Shown here piece after piece: positions 56,181 to 56,514 of a stretch of DNA of 56,514 bases. Positions within the stretch are counted from its first letter, which is position 1. Each line of letters begins with the position of its first letter. The DNA lies in the NCBI GenBank assembly GCA_039794085.1, contig JBDIWC010000026.1, positions 1 to 56,514 of the forward strand, given 5' to 3'. This stretch comes from Gemmatimonadales bacterium. Its GTDB lineage: Bacteria; Gemmatimonadota; Gemmatimonadetes; Gemmatimonadales; GWC2-71-9. Position numbers and translations under genes: made by a program. Under the pieces are notes generated by a model. It saw nothing but the letters and a program-made list of their open reading frames with translations. It had not been told where the DNA came from and ran no database searches.

Positions 56181-56363
56181 ATGAGCAATATGACTGCGTG
56201 CCCTGACTGTGGGGAGCAGGTGTCCCGGAAGGCGGAGGCCTGCATCAAGTGCGGGCGCAAGCTCAAAGGGGGCTTCTTCGAGCGGATGTTCAAGGGATAT
56301 CTCTGGTTTCTCCTGATCATCACCGTGCTGGTGGTGGGAACGTGTACCGTCTCCATGATGTAG
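56181..56363 (+). CDS. Small zinc-ribbon membrane protein
   Basis: CPDCG...CIKCG plus a C-terminal TM; RBS AAGGAG. Confidence 0.75.
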   Translation: MSNMTACPDCGEQVSRKAEACIKCGRKLKGGFFERMFKGYLWFLLIITVLVVGTCTVSMM

Positions 56364-56419
56364 TCCCTTACGGACAGGATTGAACGCAAAACGGCAACAA
56401 TATTGTGGGCGACGCCCGA
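56361..56419 (+). mobile_element. Truncated 5' copy of the ~340-bp dispersed element
   Basis: TAGTCCCTTACGGACAGGATTGAACGCAAAACGGCAACAATATTGTGGGCGACG matches 141 and 3322. Confidence 0.75.
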
Positions 56420-56514
56420 CCCCCCCGTCAGACCCGTCGATCGCCCCGGCCCCGCCGTGCGAGGGGGATGGCCACAAAAAGCACAGAAATCACAAGAGGC
56501 ACACCTCGGGGCGC

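Overview
GC-rich bacterial DNA, roughly two-thirds GC by eye. Gene and repeat style suggest Gemmatimonadota or a similar lineage, but that is inference only. The window has four parts. (1) 1-10.7 kb: mostly + strand small unrelated genes (FitA/VapC-type toxin-antitoxin pair, SnoaL-like proteins, DUF4242, DUF5946, TetR, lipoproteins, several gene remnants), densely interspersed with REP-like palindromes, heptamer tandem repeats and a ~340-bp structured dispersed element. (2) 10.8-36.7 kb: a copper/heavy-metal island with a P1B-ATPase, cupredoxin, two YHS proteins, CopA/CopB, CusCBA, a PII-like protein, an orphan cytochrome b, lipid-modifying enzymes and an NtrC-family two-component system. Six transcription units share one architecture: a GGGTNATYTSCCC-like box 109-112 bp upstream of a sigma-54 GG-N10-GC promoter. 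(3) 37-48.3 kb: a - strand narGHJI-narK type molybdoenzyme operon. Its NarI is fused to a two-heme cytochrome c, it has an unknown first gene, and it sits behind a Cys-rich GAF-SARP regulator with an 11-bp-period direct-repeat box. (4) 48.3-56.5 kb: a repeat-rich flank with a sigma-54-driven pilin-like/HD-GYP module, a DHFR-like protein, a Zn alcohol dehydrogenase, a VOC protein and small proteins. No rRNA, tRNA, CRISPR array, integrase or transposase was recognised. Family assignments come from motif recognition, not from database searches.
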